DNA of 63,944 bases, the filler included, from Vicugna vicugna (lineage: Eukaryota): assembly GCA_013265495.1 (NCBI GenBank). It is 75 parts of 75 records of this genome, joined end to end, with 100 filler letters (N's around TTAATTAATTAA, not from the genome) between each part and the next. Parts side by side here need not be neighbours in the genome. Positions count along the whole stretch, not along the records: positions 1 to 686 come from PNXW01028046.1; positions 787 to 1,585 come from PNXW01028047.1; positions 1,686 to 2,263 come from PNXW01028048.1; positions 2,364 to 3,054 come from PNXW01028049.1; positions 3,155 to 3,790 come from PNXW01028050.1; positions 3,891 to 4,702 come from PNXW01028051.1; positions 4,803 to 5,569 come from MU063175.1; positions 5,670 to 6,597 come from MU063177.1; 67 more parts are not named here. One strand, 5' to 3'. This document shows positions 1 to 10,700 of this stretch, piece by piece. A model generated the notes under the pieces. The model had not been told where the DNA came from. It searched no databases and worked only from the letters and a program-made list of their open reading frames with translations. The first letter of the stretch is position 1; every line of letters begins with the position of its first letter. The translations under genes were made by a program, and so were the position numbers.

Positions 1-189
1 TTTGGAGTAAAGTTTTCGGCATATTTTCATTTGTACAACTGATTTAAACACATTTCTGTTGGATTACAACTTTAGCTCCATAATATATAGGATCATTCTT
101 TTCTAAATTAATATTAAGAAATTAAGAGACAAAAAGTAATCAAAATAACTTTGTCTATAAGCATTTTGCCCACAAAAGAGAGTATCTCA

Positions 190-217
<28 letters not shown>
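190..217. repeat. (CA)n microsatellite
   Basis: Pure CA run of about 14 units. Confidence 0.95.
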
Positions 218-221
<4 letters not shown>

Positions 222-686
222 CAGTTAACACTTGTGCTATGGATTGTATATACTAAAAATTTTACAGAAACTGTGATAATGTGCAAAGTATCGCCGAATT
301 GAGTAAGAAAATGATTGAGTAAGAAAATGCAGCAGTGATTCCATAAAATTTCATGAAATGTACTACTAATTAATTAAATGATCAAAATCAAGCAGCTCAT
401 GAAGGTACAAACAAAAACTAAAATTCTTTGTGCACATAAACCTCATCATTTTTAAAGCAGATGACTGACAGCCTTCCAGAGCTCTCATTTTAAAATTATC
501 AGCCAGGCTTTCATTCCTGAAGATTCTTTCTCTTCTTTACCTTAATTAAAATAGAAAGATTAAACAACAAAACTCAGAAACAGATTTTTTTTTCCTCCAC
601 CGCCAGTGAGCCGGTGATAACAACGTCTGTTTGGTGTCTTACTAAATTACTTCCCATGTCAGTTCCACCGAGTTCAGGTCCTTCCA

Positions 687-786
687 NNNNNNNNNNNNNN
701 NNNNNNNNNNNNNNNNNNNNNNNNNNNNNNTTAATTAATTAANNNNNNNNNNNNNNNNNNNNNNNNNNNNNNNNNNNNNNNNNNNN
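687..786. other. Artificial scaffold linker N44-TTAATTAATTAA-N44 (first of about 74 copies across the window)
   Basis: Identical 12-mer with stops in all six frames, flanked by 44 N on each side (687-730, 731-742, 743-786). The same structure recurs every 0.3-1.5 kb. Confidence 0.98.
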
Positions 787-1585
787 TGAAATATTTATTT
801 TGACTTCGTAGCTTCTACCTATCACCAGTTTAAAGAATCACAGTTTGATAACAGAAAAACCCTCTTGGAGCGGATTATACACTAGAGAAATGAAATTTGA
901 ATAGATTCCATTTACATGATATTCCGTGTTCCATACATGCTTCATACATGACGGATTTGACAACATGCATTCCTGAGTTGAGAGCATGAGGATTATTAAT
1001 CTTTCATCCTCTATAAAAGGAATATTTTCATCTAGACACGTGTACACATTTTCACAAGCTTTCCCTAACACCAGGTTCGTGTTCGTGCATTTTTTCACAG
1101 AAAAATAATTCTGGAGCGAATTCCACCTCAGACATGTAATTTACATGAATTCCATCAACATGTCATTCCGGGTTCCGTACATGCTACATGCATGACGGAT
1201 TCGGCAATCATGTGATTCTGACTTGTGAGCATGTGTATTACTGACCATTCTACAACAAAAAACAACAAAAAAGGTGTATATAGACTTAGAAACTTCTACT
1301 CTGACTTCGTATTTTTTTCTAACACCAGGCTCTAAAATCGGTCATTTGGCACCAGAAATCACTCTTTGAGCAAATTCTCACCAATACACATGTAATTTTC
1401 ATTGTTTACATAACCATGGCATTCCGTATTCCGAACATGTTTCATGCATCACGTATTCCTCAAACATGCATTTTTGATTGTGCACATGCACAAGACTGAA
1501 GTTTCAACCACTAAACAAGTTAAATATCCACTTTGAAAGGTTTATTTTGTCTTCGTAGCTTCTGCCTATCACCAGGTTCAAGAAT
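787..1585. repeat. AT-rich ~247-bp satellite, trimeric higher-order repeat (A-B-C)
   Basis: The CACCAG anchor occurs at 823, 1069, 1323 and 1570. Near-identity recurs only at ~747 bp (tttattttg at 794 and 1541). Confidence 0.9.
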
Positions 1586-1685
1586 NNNNNNNNNNNNNNN
1601 NNNNNNNNNNNNNNNNNNNNNNNNNNNNNTTAATTAATTAANNNNNNNNNNNNNNNNNNNNNNNNNNNNNNNNNNNNNNNNNNNN

Positions 1686-1895
1686 CCATTGAACAATGTG
1701 GGGACTAGGGACATTGACCCAATGCACAGTGAAAATCTCTTTATAACCCACAGTTGGCCTCCTATACCCGAGGTTCCTCTCATCCTTAAGTTCAACCACC
1801 GAGGAACAAGTAGTGATGTAATATTTACTATTGAAAAAAATCTGTGCATAAGTGGACCCCTGTAATTCAAACCCATGTTGTTCAAAGGTCAGCTC
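1686..1895. mobile_element. Tigger2/MER8-like non-autonomous DNA transposon (TcMar-Tigger)
   Basis: Inverted termini (ccattgaacaa ... ttgttcaaaggtcagct) and the segment cataagtggacccctgtaattcaaacccatgttg resemble Tigger2 ends. Confidence 0.75.
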
Positions 1896-1959
1896 TGTGT
1901 GTGTTTATATATGTGTGTTTGTGTGTGTGTGTGTAACATTTATAAATAAATACTGTATG

Positions 1960-2263
1960 ATTAGGATCACAGTTAATAAAATAAATGCATGACACCCACA
2001 CTGAAACCTATAAGACAGGAGGCCTTAGGGGAACTAAAGAAGGCCTAAATTAATGGTGAAACATGCCATGATCATAGATTTGAAGAGTCAATATTATGGA
2101 TATTTCTTCTGGTTGATCTACGGATCCAACAATTCCCAGTAGATTTTTTTAAAAAATTAAATAGTTTAGAAATTAAATTATTATAAAATTTATATGGGAA
2201 TACAAATGCATAAAATAGCCCTTAAGATACCTTGGAAGAGAAGAACATAGTTGGAGTATTTAA
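1960..2263 (+). mobile_element. Old LINE-1 ORF2 fragment
   Basis: Degenerate L1 ORF2-like motifs (aaaatttatatgggaatacaaa, aagaacatagttggag). Confidence 0.6.
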
Positions 2264-2363
2264 NNNNNNNNNNNNNNNNNNNNNNNNNNNNNNNNNNNNN
2301 NNNNNNNTTAATTAATTAANNNNNNNNNNNNNNNNNNNNNNNNNNNNNNNNNNNNNNNNNNNN

Positions 2364-3054
2364 ATGTTCTAAATTCTGGGTTCTAAATATTCTATTCTAT
2401 ATTTTATAATTTGTGTTCTTTATTTTATATTCTACATTCTATATTCTGCATTCTGTATTCGATATTCTTTATACTATGTCCTACATTCTATATTCTATTT
2501 TCAGTCTTCCGTATTCTGTATTCTATATTGTAAATTCTGTGTTCTGCATTCCATGTTCTAAAATACGGGTTCAATATTCTTTATTGTATATTCTATATTC
2601 TGTGTTCCTCACACTATATTCTAAATTCTATATTCAGTATTCTGTATTCTATATTGTAAATTCTGTGTTCTGCATTCCATGTTCTAAAATACGGGTTCAA
2701 TATTCTTTATTGTATATTCTATATTCTGTGTTCCTCACACTATATTCTAAATTCTATATTCAGTATTCTGTATTCTATATTCTAAATAATGTGTTCTGTA
2801 TTCCATGTTGTAAATTCTATATTCAGTATTCTGTATTCTATATTCTAAAATCTGTGTTCCACATTCCACTTTCTAAATTCTATTTCTAAATTCTATATGC
2901 ACTATTCTGTATTCGATATTCTAAATACTGTGTTCTGCTTTCCATGTTCTAAATCCTGTTTTCTGTATTCTTTTTTCCATATTCTATAATCTGTTTTATA
3001 CATTCTATTTTCTGTATTTTATATTCTTCATTTCGTATTGTATATTCTATATTC
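2364..3054. repeat. Heptamer-derived (TATTCTA/TATTCTG) AT-rich satellite
   Basis: 7-bp periodicity with a 126-bp tandem duplication (starts at 2511, 2637 and 2763). Confidence 0.92.
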
Positions 3055-3439
3055 NNNNNNNNNNNNNNNNNNNNNNNNNNNNNNNNNNNNNNNNNNNNTT
3101 AATTAATTAANNNNNNNNNNNNNNNNNNNNNNNNNNNNNNNNNNNNNNNNNNNNCTTTCGTCTTTTGTTTGAGAGGAAGAGTTAGCTTTCAATATATTTG
3201 GTAAATTTACCATCACTGGTTACTATGAAAAGAAGATCGGGGAAGTGTAATACTGTATCAGGATTTGCTTAAGACAATTTAGTTCTTATTTTAGGAAGAC
3301 CAACGCTGTCATCTGTATGCTCCTTAAAGAAAAAAGTTTGAGCATGTACACTTAATCTAAATTTATTTATTTTTAATTACATTCTGTATTACTGTACCAG
3401 TATATATGTTAAAACTTGTGCAGAGGTTCAAAAAGGACT

Positions 3440-3790
3440 TGTTTATTTATTCAACAAATATTTCTTGAATGTTTATTATATGAACACTGCGTGAGTCTAG
3501 GAACATCATGTGCCTAAAACCAAAAATCCCTCACAGAGCCTTCAGTCAGTGGACAGTCAGTGGGCAGAGAAATAAGGTTGAAGCTGCAGGTAGTGACAAG
3601 TGCTTTGGAGAAAAATAAAACAGGGAAAGGAGGTAAAGAGATTGGTGCATCAGTCTCTGTAGATGGATGGTCAGGGAAGGTCTCTGTGAGGAATTGAAAT
3701 TTGCATGTGGACCAGAATGAAGTGAGGGAGAAAACCACCTGAGTGTCTGAAGAGAAGGGTCTTCCAGGAAAGAGCAGATACAAAGGTCCT
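3440..3790 (-). mobile_element. L2 LINE 3' fragment
   Basis: Typical antisense L2 tail (tttattcaacaaatatttcttgaatg) followed by purine-rich L2-like body. Confidence 0.65.
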
Positions 3791-3890
3791 NNNNNNNNNN
3801 NNNNNNNNNNNNNNNNNNNNNNNNNNNNNNNNNNTTAATTAATTAANNNNNNNNNNNNNNNNNNNNNNNNNNNNNNNNNNNNNNNNNNNN

Positions 3891-4702
3891 AATACAGAAT
3901 ACTGAATATAGAATTTAGTATACAGAAATTAGAACACAGAGTATAGATTATAGAATACGAAATACTAAATATAGAGTTTAGAATATAGAATATAGAAGAC
4001 AGAATATAGAATATAGATTATGGAATGCATAATACAGTATACAGAGTATAGAATTTAGAACACAGAATATAGAATATAGAATAGAGTATATGGAACACAA
4101 AATTTAGAACCTGCAATTCAGAACTCACAATGTAGAATATATAATACAGAATACTGAATATAGAATTTAGTATATAGAATGCAGAACACAGGATTTAGAA
4201 TGTAGTATGCAGAATACTGAGTATAGAATTTAGAACATTGAATGCAGAACACAGAATTTAGGATATAGAATGCAGAATACTCTATACAGAATTTAGAATA
4301 TAGAATGCATAACAGAGAATATAGAATATTGACAAAGGAATGGGGAATATAGGATATAGAATATAGAATGAAGAACACAAAATATAGAATATAGAATAGA
4401 GAATATAGAACCCAGAATTGAGAAATGGAATTCAGAACAGAGAATTTAGAATATAGAATACAGAATACTAAAAAATTATTTTAAAATGTAGAATGTAGAA
4501 CAAAGAATATAGAATATAGAATAGGGAATGCAGAATATAGTATGTAGAATATAGAATGAAGAACAAAAACATAGAATATACAATAGTGTATATAGAACCC
4601 AAAATTAGAACACGGAATGCAGAACACAGAATTTAAAATATAGAACACACAATAAAATTTACAATATAGAATGTAGAACACAGGGTATAGAATATAGAAT
4701 AC
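3891..4702. repeat. Heptamer-derived (TATAGAA) satellite
   Basis: Degenerate TATAGAA/TACAGAA/TTTAGAA units throughout. Confidence 0.92.
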
Positions 4703-4802
4703 NNNNNNNNNNNNNNNNNNNNNNNNNNNNNNNNNNNNNNNNNNNNTTAATTAATTAANNNNNNNNNNNNNNNNNNNNNNNNNNNNNNNNNNNNNNNNNN
4801 NN

Positions 4803-5569
4803 GAAATCGCTCCAGAAGTATTTTTCTGTGAAAAATGCATGAATTCTTAACTGGTGTTAGGGAAGCTTATGAAAATGTGGACACAGGTCCAGCTGAATAT
4901 ATTCTTATATAGAGAATGAAAGATCAGTAATCCACATGCTCACAACTCAGAAATGAATGTTTGTCGAATTCATCATGCATGTAGCATGTACATAAAAGGG
5001 AATATCATGTTGCTGGAANNNNNNNNNNNNNNNNNNNNNNNNNNNNNNNNNNNNNNNNNNNNNNNNNNNNNNNNNNNNNNNNNNNNNNNNNNNNNNNNNN
5101 NNNNNNNNNNNNNNNNNNNNNNNNNNNNNNNNNNNNNNNNNNNNNNNNNNNNNNNNNNNNNNNNNNNNNNNNNNNNNNNNNNNNNNNNNNNNNNNNNNNN
5201 NNNNNNNNNNNNNNNNNNNNNNNNNNNNNNNNNNNNNNNNNNNNNNNNNNNNNNNNNNNNNNNNNNNNNNNNNNNNNNNNNNNNNNNNNNNNNNNNNNNN
5301 NNNNNNNNNNNNNNNNNNNNNNNNNNNNNNNNNNNNNNNNNNNNNNNNNNNNNNNNNNNNNNNNNNNNNNNNNNNNNNNNNNNNNNNNNNNNNNNNNNNN
5401 NNNNNNNNNNNNNNNNNNNNNNNNNNNNNNNNNNNNNNNNNNNNNNNNNNNNNNNNNNNNNNNNNNNNNNNNNNNNNNNNNNGTTTCCCGAACATGCATG
5501 TAGCATGTACGAAACCCGGGATTGCACGTTGATGGAATTCATGTAAATTACATATCTGTTAGGTGGAAA
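4803..5569. repeat. ~247-bp satellite (reverse orientation, gapped)
   Basis: Reverse complement of the 787-1585 monomers (ctggtgttaggg, tccacatgctcacaactcag). Confidence 0.88.
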
Positions 5570-5669
5570 NNNNNNNNNNNNNNNNNNNNNNNNNNNNNNN
5601 NNNNNNNNNNNNNTTAATTAATTAANNNNNNNNNNNNNNNNNNNNNNNNNNNNNNNNNNNNNNNNNNNN

Positions 5670-6597
5670 AGAATCCAGAGTAAGTGTTTCTCCTGCAACC
5701 CGTTCGCTTTGTGCCTGATGAATGAAAGTCTCTCCACATGCTCAGATCTGAGAGATATATGTGTTTTTAAGCCGTCCTTCACATAGCTTGAAGGGAACAC
5801 AAAGTTTCTTTTAAGTTGCAAACTCCACACCATACATATATATGGGGAGGTACAAGCTGCAACTCGGTTTTACAGTGCAAACTGCAGGAAATACAATCCG
5901 GCCCTAAGAAACAGACTGAGAATCCAGAGTAANNNNNNNNNNNNNNNNNNNNNNNNNNNNNNNNNNNNNNNNNNNNNNNNNNNNNNNNNNNNNNNNNNNN
6001 NNNNNNNNNNNNNNNNNNNNNNNNNNNNNNNNNNNNNNNNNNNNNNNNNNNNNNNNNNNNNNNNNNNNNNNNNNNNNNNNNNNNNNNNNNNNNNNNNNNN
6101 NNNNNNNNNNNNNNNNNNNNNNNNNNNNNNNNNNNNNNNNNNNNNNNNNNNNNNNNNNNNNNNNNNNNNNNNNNNNNNNNNNNNNNNNNNNNNNNNNNNN
6201 NNNNNNNNNNNNNNNNNCACATGCTCAGTTCTGAGAGATAAGTGTGTGTGAAAGCCGTCCTTCAACTACCATGAAGGGAACACAAAGTTTCTTGTCACTT
6301 GCAAACTCCATTCCATACATATATATGGGGTGGAACTAACTTCAACTCGGATTTGCAGTGCAAACCGCAGGAACTTCCAACCGGCCGTAGGAAACAAACT
6401 GAGAAACCAGAGTAATTATTTCTCTTGCAACACGTTCGCTTTGTGCTGGATGAACGAACGTCTCTCCACATGCTCAGTTCTGAGATATAAACGTGTGTGA
6501 AAGCCGTCCTTCAGCTTGCTTGAAGGAAACACAAAGTTTCTTTTCAGATGCCAACACAACACCATACATATATATTGGGAGGTAAAAGCTCTAACAG
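5670..6597. repeat. 249-bp satellite
   Basis: gaatccagag at 5671 and 5920, cacatgctcag at 6218 and 6467: period 249 bp. Confidence 0.9.
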
Positions 6598-6927
6598 NNN
6601 NNNNNNNNNNNNNNNNNNNNNNNNNNNNNNNNNNNNNNNNNTTAATTAATTAANNNNNNNNNNNNNNNNNNNNNNNNNNNNNNNNNNNNNNNNNNNNAAT
6701 TTCTTTACCGAAGATTGAGGAAAATGGCAGTTTTCCATATTTGAGAATATTACTTTAATTTTGTGTGACTGGGGTGGTGGAAAATAGAAATGTAGGGGCT
6801 ACTAAAGCATTCTCATCCCCTTCCCCACCCTCAGGCCCTTCGGACAGAAGAGAAAGAGGGATGTGAGGAGAAGACTTGGACGGTGGACCGTGCACTGCTT
6901 TTAAATCATGACAGTTACTTGTGCTTA

Positions 6928-6980
6928 TTTTTTAACTTTCTTTTTTAATGGAGGTACTGGGGCTTGAACCCAGGACCTTG
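6928..6980 (-). mobile_element. Partial tRNA-derived SINE (vic-1-like), cut by gap
   Basis: Reverse strand reads caaggtcctgggttcaagccccagtacctcca plus an A-rich tail (B-box region). Confidence 0.7.
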
Positions 6981-8142
6981 NNNNNNNNNNNNNNNNNNNN
7001 NNNNNNNNNNNNNNNNNNNNNNNNNNNNNNNNNNNNNNNNNNNNNNNNNNNNNNNNNNNNNNNNNNNNNNNNNNNNNNNNNNNNNNNNNNNNNNNNNNNN
7101 NNNNNNNNNNNNNNNNNNNNNNNNNNNNNNNNNNNNNNNNNNNNNNNNNNNNNNNNNNNNNNNNNNNNNNNNNNNNNNNNNNNNNNNNNNNNNNNNNNNN
7201 NNNNNNNNNNNNNNNNNNNNNNNNNNNNNNNNNNNNNNNNNNNNNNNNNNNNNNNNNNNNNNNNNNNNNNNNNNNNNNNNNNNNNNNNNNNNNNNTTAAG
7301 TACAGATTTCTGAAACATCAGTCATCACTGAAGATCCACATCTGCTGTTCTCTCTCTCTGTTAGTTACCTTACTTCTGGAGTTCTGGAAGTGGCTCCAGG
7401 AAGAACCTGAGTACGAATGGGACATGGTTGAGCAGGAAGAACAAGTCCGGCCNNNNNNNNNNNNNNNNNNNNNNNNNNNNNNNNNNNNNNNNNNNNTTAA
7501 TTAATTAANNNNNNNNNNNNNNNNNNNNNNNNNNNNNNNNNNNNNNNNNNNNACAAACTTTCTTTTCAGTTTAAAGCTACACATTTGGAGTGTCTTTTGT
7601 ACATCTAGCACAGTTTAAACTTGTTTCTGGTGGAACCCTCACCCTGCTTTCTCAGACTTTTTCTTAGTGCCGATTTTAAATTCCTGCTATTTTCAATATT
7701 AAACAGAGTTGGAGCTTTTACCTCCCCTTATATATGTTTGTAGTCTAGTTTCCAAATGAAAAGCATCTTTTTTCCCACAAAACTTGTTGTTTTTTTTTTT
7801 CACACACACTTCTCTGTAATAATTGAGCATGTTTGTTTTCATTCGTCTATCTAGCATTAATATCTAGCATGAATTTTTGTCAATTTTAACACTTACTCTT
7901 TTTTCTGATTATGTTTCCAAAACTGCTTAGACGTTCATGCAGTTTTCACTGTTAAATTGATTTCGAGTTATTACCTCCCAATACATATCTATATAGCTTT
8001 TTTCCAGTAGAAAAAACTATGTGTTCACAACATGCTTTGTGANNNNNNNNNNNNNNNNNNNNNNNNNNNNNNNNNNNNNNNNNNNNTTAATTAATTAANN
8101 NNNNNNNNNNNNNNNNNNNNNNNNNNNNNNNNNNNNNNNNNN

Positions 8143-9180
8143 GGATCAAAGGGAAGATTCCTGCAACTTTAACAGCTGTAGGAGTAGGTAATACCACTAA
8201 ATATGGTCCCTTTCATGTTGGTTTGAGAGGTCTTTTTTTCCAATCCTTTACCCATACCTGGTCACCTGGTTTATGGAGATCCACTTGAAACCCTAATGAA
8301 ATGGGGGTTTTTTCTATTACCCAATCCCAAACTTCTCATAGTACTTTTTCTAGTCTAAACTGTTATTGGTGGAGCCCTAAATTTTCTATTTCTGGGGTGG
8401 GATTTCTTATCCTGACTAAAGGTGGCGGTCGCCCATAGAGGATTTCAAAGGGAGAGTACCCAATATTAAATCTTGGGGTGCATCTAATTTGCAACAGAGC
8501 CAGGGGTAGAATGTCCACCCAGGGGAGCTGGGTTTCTTGGCTGATTTTAGCTATAATTTGTTTTAGAGTTNNNNNNNNNNNNNNNNNNNNNNNNNNNNNN
8601 NNNNNNNNNNNNNNNNNNNNNNNNNNNNNNNNNNNNNNNNNNNNNNNNNNNNNNNNNNNNNNNNNNNNNNNNNNNNNNNNNNNNNNNGGTCCATTGTCAG
8701 ACCCGATGGAGGTAGGCATTCCAAATCGAGGGATAACATCCCTGAGAAGAGCCTTTGTCATTTCTCTTGCTTTCTCTGTCCTGGTGGGGTGGGCCTCTAT
8801 CCACCCTGTTAAGGTGCAGACGAAAAGCAGCAGGTATTTATATCCCTTACTGGGCCCAAGTTCAGTAAAGTCCACTTCTAAATCTTCAAAGCGAGCCAAT
8901 CCACATCGTTGTATTCCCATTGGCCCAGTGAGCCCTTGTTTTGGATTGTTTTGTGCACAGAGCAAGCAGCGTTGGGAAACTGATGCACATAGAGTAGGGA
9001 GACGAGAAATTAGGAAATATCGCTTTAAGAGGGCCTCCAAAGCCGTTTTTCCCATATGTGTGGCTTCGTGCTGTTATTGGACTAAACGATAAGCTAGTCG
9101 TTCTGGGATCAAAACCCTTCCATCCGTCATGATCTACCATCCGTCCTTTCCTTTCTCTCCTCGTTCAGCCTGTGCCCACT
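8143..9180 (-). pseudogene. pol: Class I (gammaretrovirus-like) ERV pol, integrase domain, with in-frame stops
   Basis: Translation shows HHCC (HEATH...CLLC), catalytic core VDFTE...IGSDNG, YSPFEILYGRPPP and the GPY/F tail (*KGPYLVVLPTPTAVKVAG). Five in-frame stops. Confidence 0.93.
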
Positions 9181-9280
9181 NNNNNNNNNNNNNNNNNNNN
9201 NNNNNNNNNNNNNNNNNNNNNNNNTTAATTAATTAANNNNNNNNNNNNNNNNNNNNNNNNNNNNNNNNNNNNNNNNNNNN

Positions 9281-9897
9281 GCTTTGACTAGAACCTCTAG
9301 TACAATGTTGATTTTGGGAGGGAATTATTCAGTGCTTCTGGATTATGTATGATCTTTGCTTCAGGTTTTTCATAGATGTTCTTTGTCAAGTTGAGGAAGT
9401 TCTCTTCTATTCCTAGTTTTTATCCATTATTCTATTAATATGGTGTATTACATGAATTGAGTTTTGTATGTTGTACTGCCTTTNNNNNNNNNNNNNNNNN
9501 NNNNNNNNNNNNNNNNNNNNNNNNNNNNNNNNNNNNNNNNNNNNNNNNNNNNNNNNNNNNNNNNNNNNNNNNNNNNNNNNNNNNNNNNNNNNNNNNNNNN
9601 NNNNNNNNNNNNNNNNNNNNNNNNNNNNNNNNNNNNNNNNNNNNNNNNNNNNNNNNNNNNNNNNNNNNNNNNNNNNNNNNNNNNNCGAATTTGTGAAGCA
9701 TTTTTTGTTTGTTTTTGTTTTTGTTTTTTCTTTAAGTAGTTGATGGAATTCACCAGCAAAGCCATACGGGCCTAGCATTTCTTTCTGTGAATGTTTTGGA
9801 TTGTTATTTCAGTCACTACTTACTGTAGGCTTATTTGAGTTTTCTACTACTCCTTGAATTGACTTCAGTCATTTATGTACTTCTAGGAATTTATCCA
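9281..9897 (-). mobile_element. LINE-1 ORF2 fragment
   Basis: Minus-strand peptides GPYGFAGEFHQ and NSIHVIHHINR match the L1 ORF2 RT N-terminal region. Confidence 0.85.
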
Positions 9898-9997
9898 NNN
9901 NNNNNNNNNNNNNNNNNNNNNNNNNNNNNNNNNNNNNNNNNTTAATTAATTAANNNNNNNNNNNNNNNNNNNNNNNNNNNNNNNNNNNNNNNNNNNN

Positions 9998-10700
9998 GTA
10001 AAGATGCTTGAGGTAATTTCTATCTTCTGAAAATTGCTGAGGTTTCTTTTGTGCCCAATTATATCACGAATCCTGGAAAATGTCCCATGTGCACTTGAAA
10101 AGAATGCATATACTATTTTGTGGGTGGTGNNNNNNNNNNNNNNNNNNNNNNNNNNNNNNNNNNNNNNNNNNNNNNNNNNNNNNNNNNNNNNNNNNNNNNN
10201 NNNNNNNNNNNNNNNNNNNNNNNNNNNNNNNNNNNNNNNNNNNNNNNNNNNNNNNNNNNNNNNNNNNNNNNNNNNNNNNNNNNNNNNNNNNNNNNNNNNN
10301 NNNNNNNNNNNNNNNNNNNNNNNNNNNNNNNNNNNNTGTCACAGGGATCCTCACTGCCTGTTTAACTTAGTACTTATACTCTATAGAGTTCCAATTCTTG
10401 GAGGATCCCCCTCCATCCTGCCAAACTCTCAGTTGGAGAGGGGAGACCCAGTGAATGAGCACGAGTCCTTCTTTGCTGCTCCCTCCCTGTGGGACCTGTC
10501 CCAATCTGTTTTGCCTTTTCGTCTTTCTTTATTCATTTTTTTCTACAAGATATTTTGCATTTTTATCTTTTGAAGAGGACAGTGTACTATCAGAGTTCTG
10601 TAGGTTCTCTGGTTAGCTGAGTAGGTCTGTGGATGTGAGTCTTGGTGCATTTGTGGGAAAGGGTGAGTTATGAGCATCATTCTGCTCCATCATCTTCACT
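9998..10700 (-). mobile_element. LINE-1 fragments (ORF2 endonuclease piece and probable 5' region)
   Basis: gaaaatgtcccatgtgcacttgaaaagaatg is antisense L1 endonuclease sequence. 10337-10700 resembles an L1 5' portion (weaker call). Confidence 0.7.

Noticed and set aside
640..686. Possible terminal coding exon on the minus strand (WKDLNSVELTWEVI*)
   Set aside because: Too short, truncated by the scaffold end and not recognised.
2413..2889. Hydrophobic Tyr/Ile/Ser-rich 158-aa ORF resembling a membrane protein
   Set aside because: It is the translation of the heptamer satellite. The 42-aa repeat is the 126-bp duplication.
7345..7452. Possible exon after a pyrimidine tract and AG (TLLLEFWKWLQEEPEYEWDMVEQEEQVR)
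   Set aside because: Only an acceptor-like site and a short open frame, with no recognisable homology.
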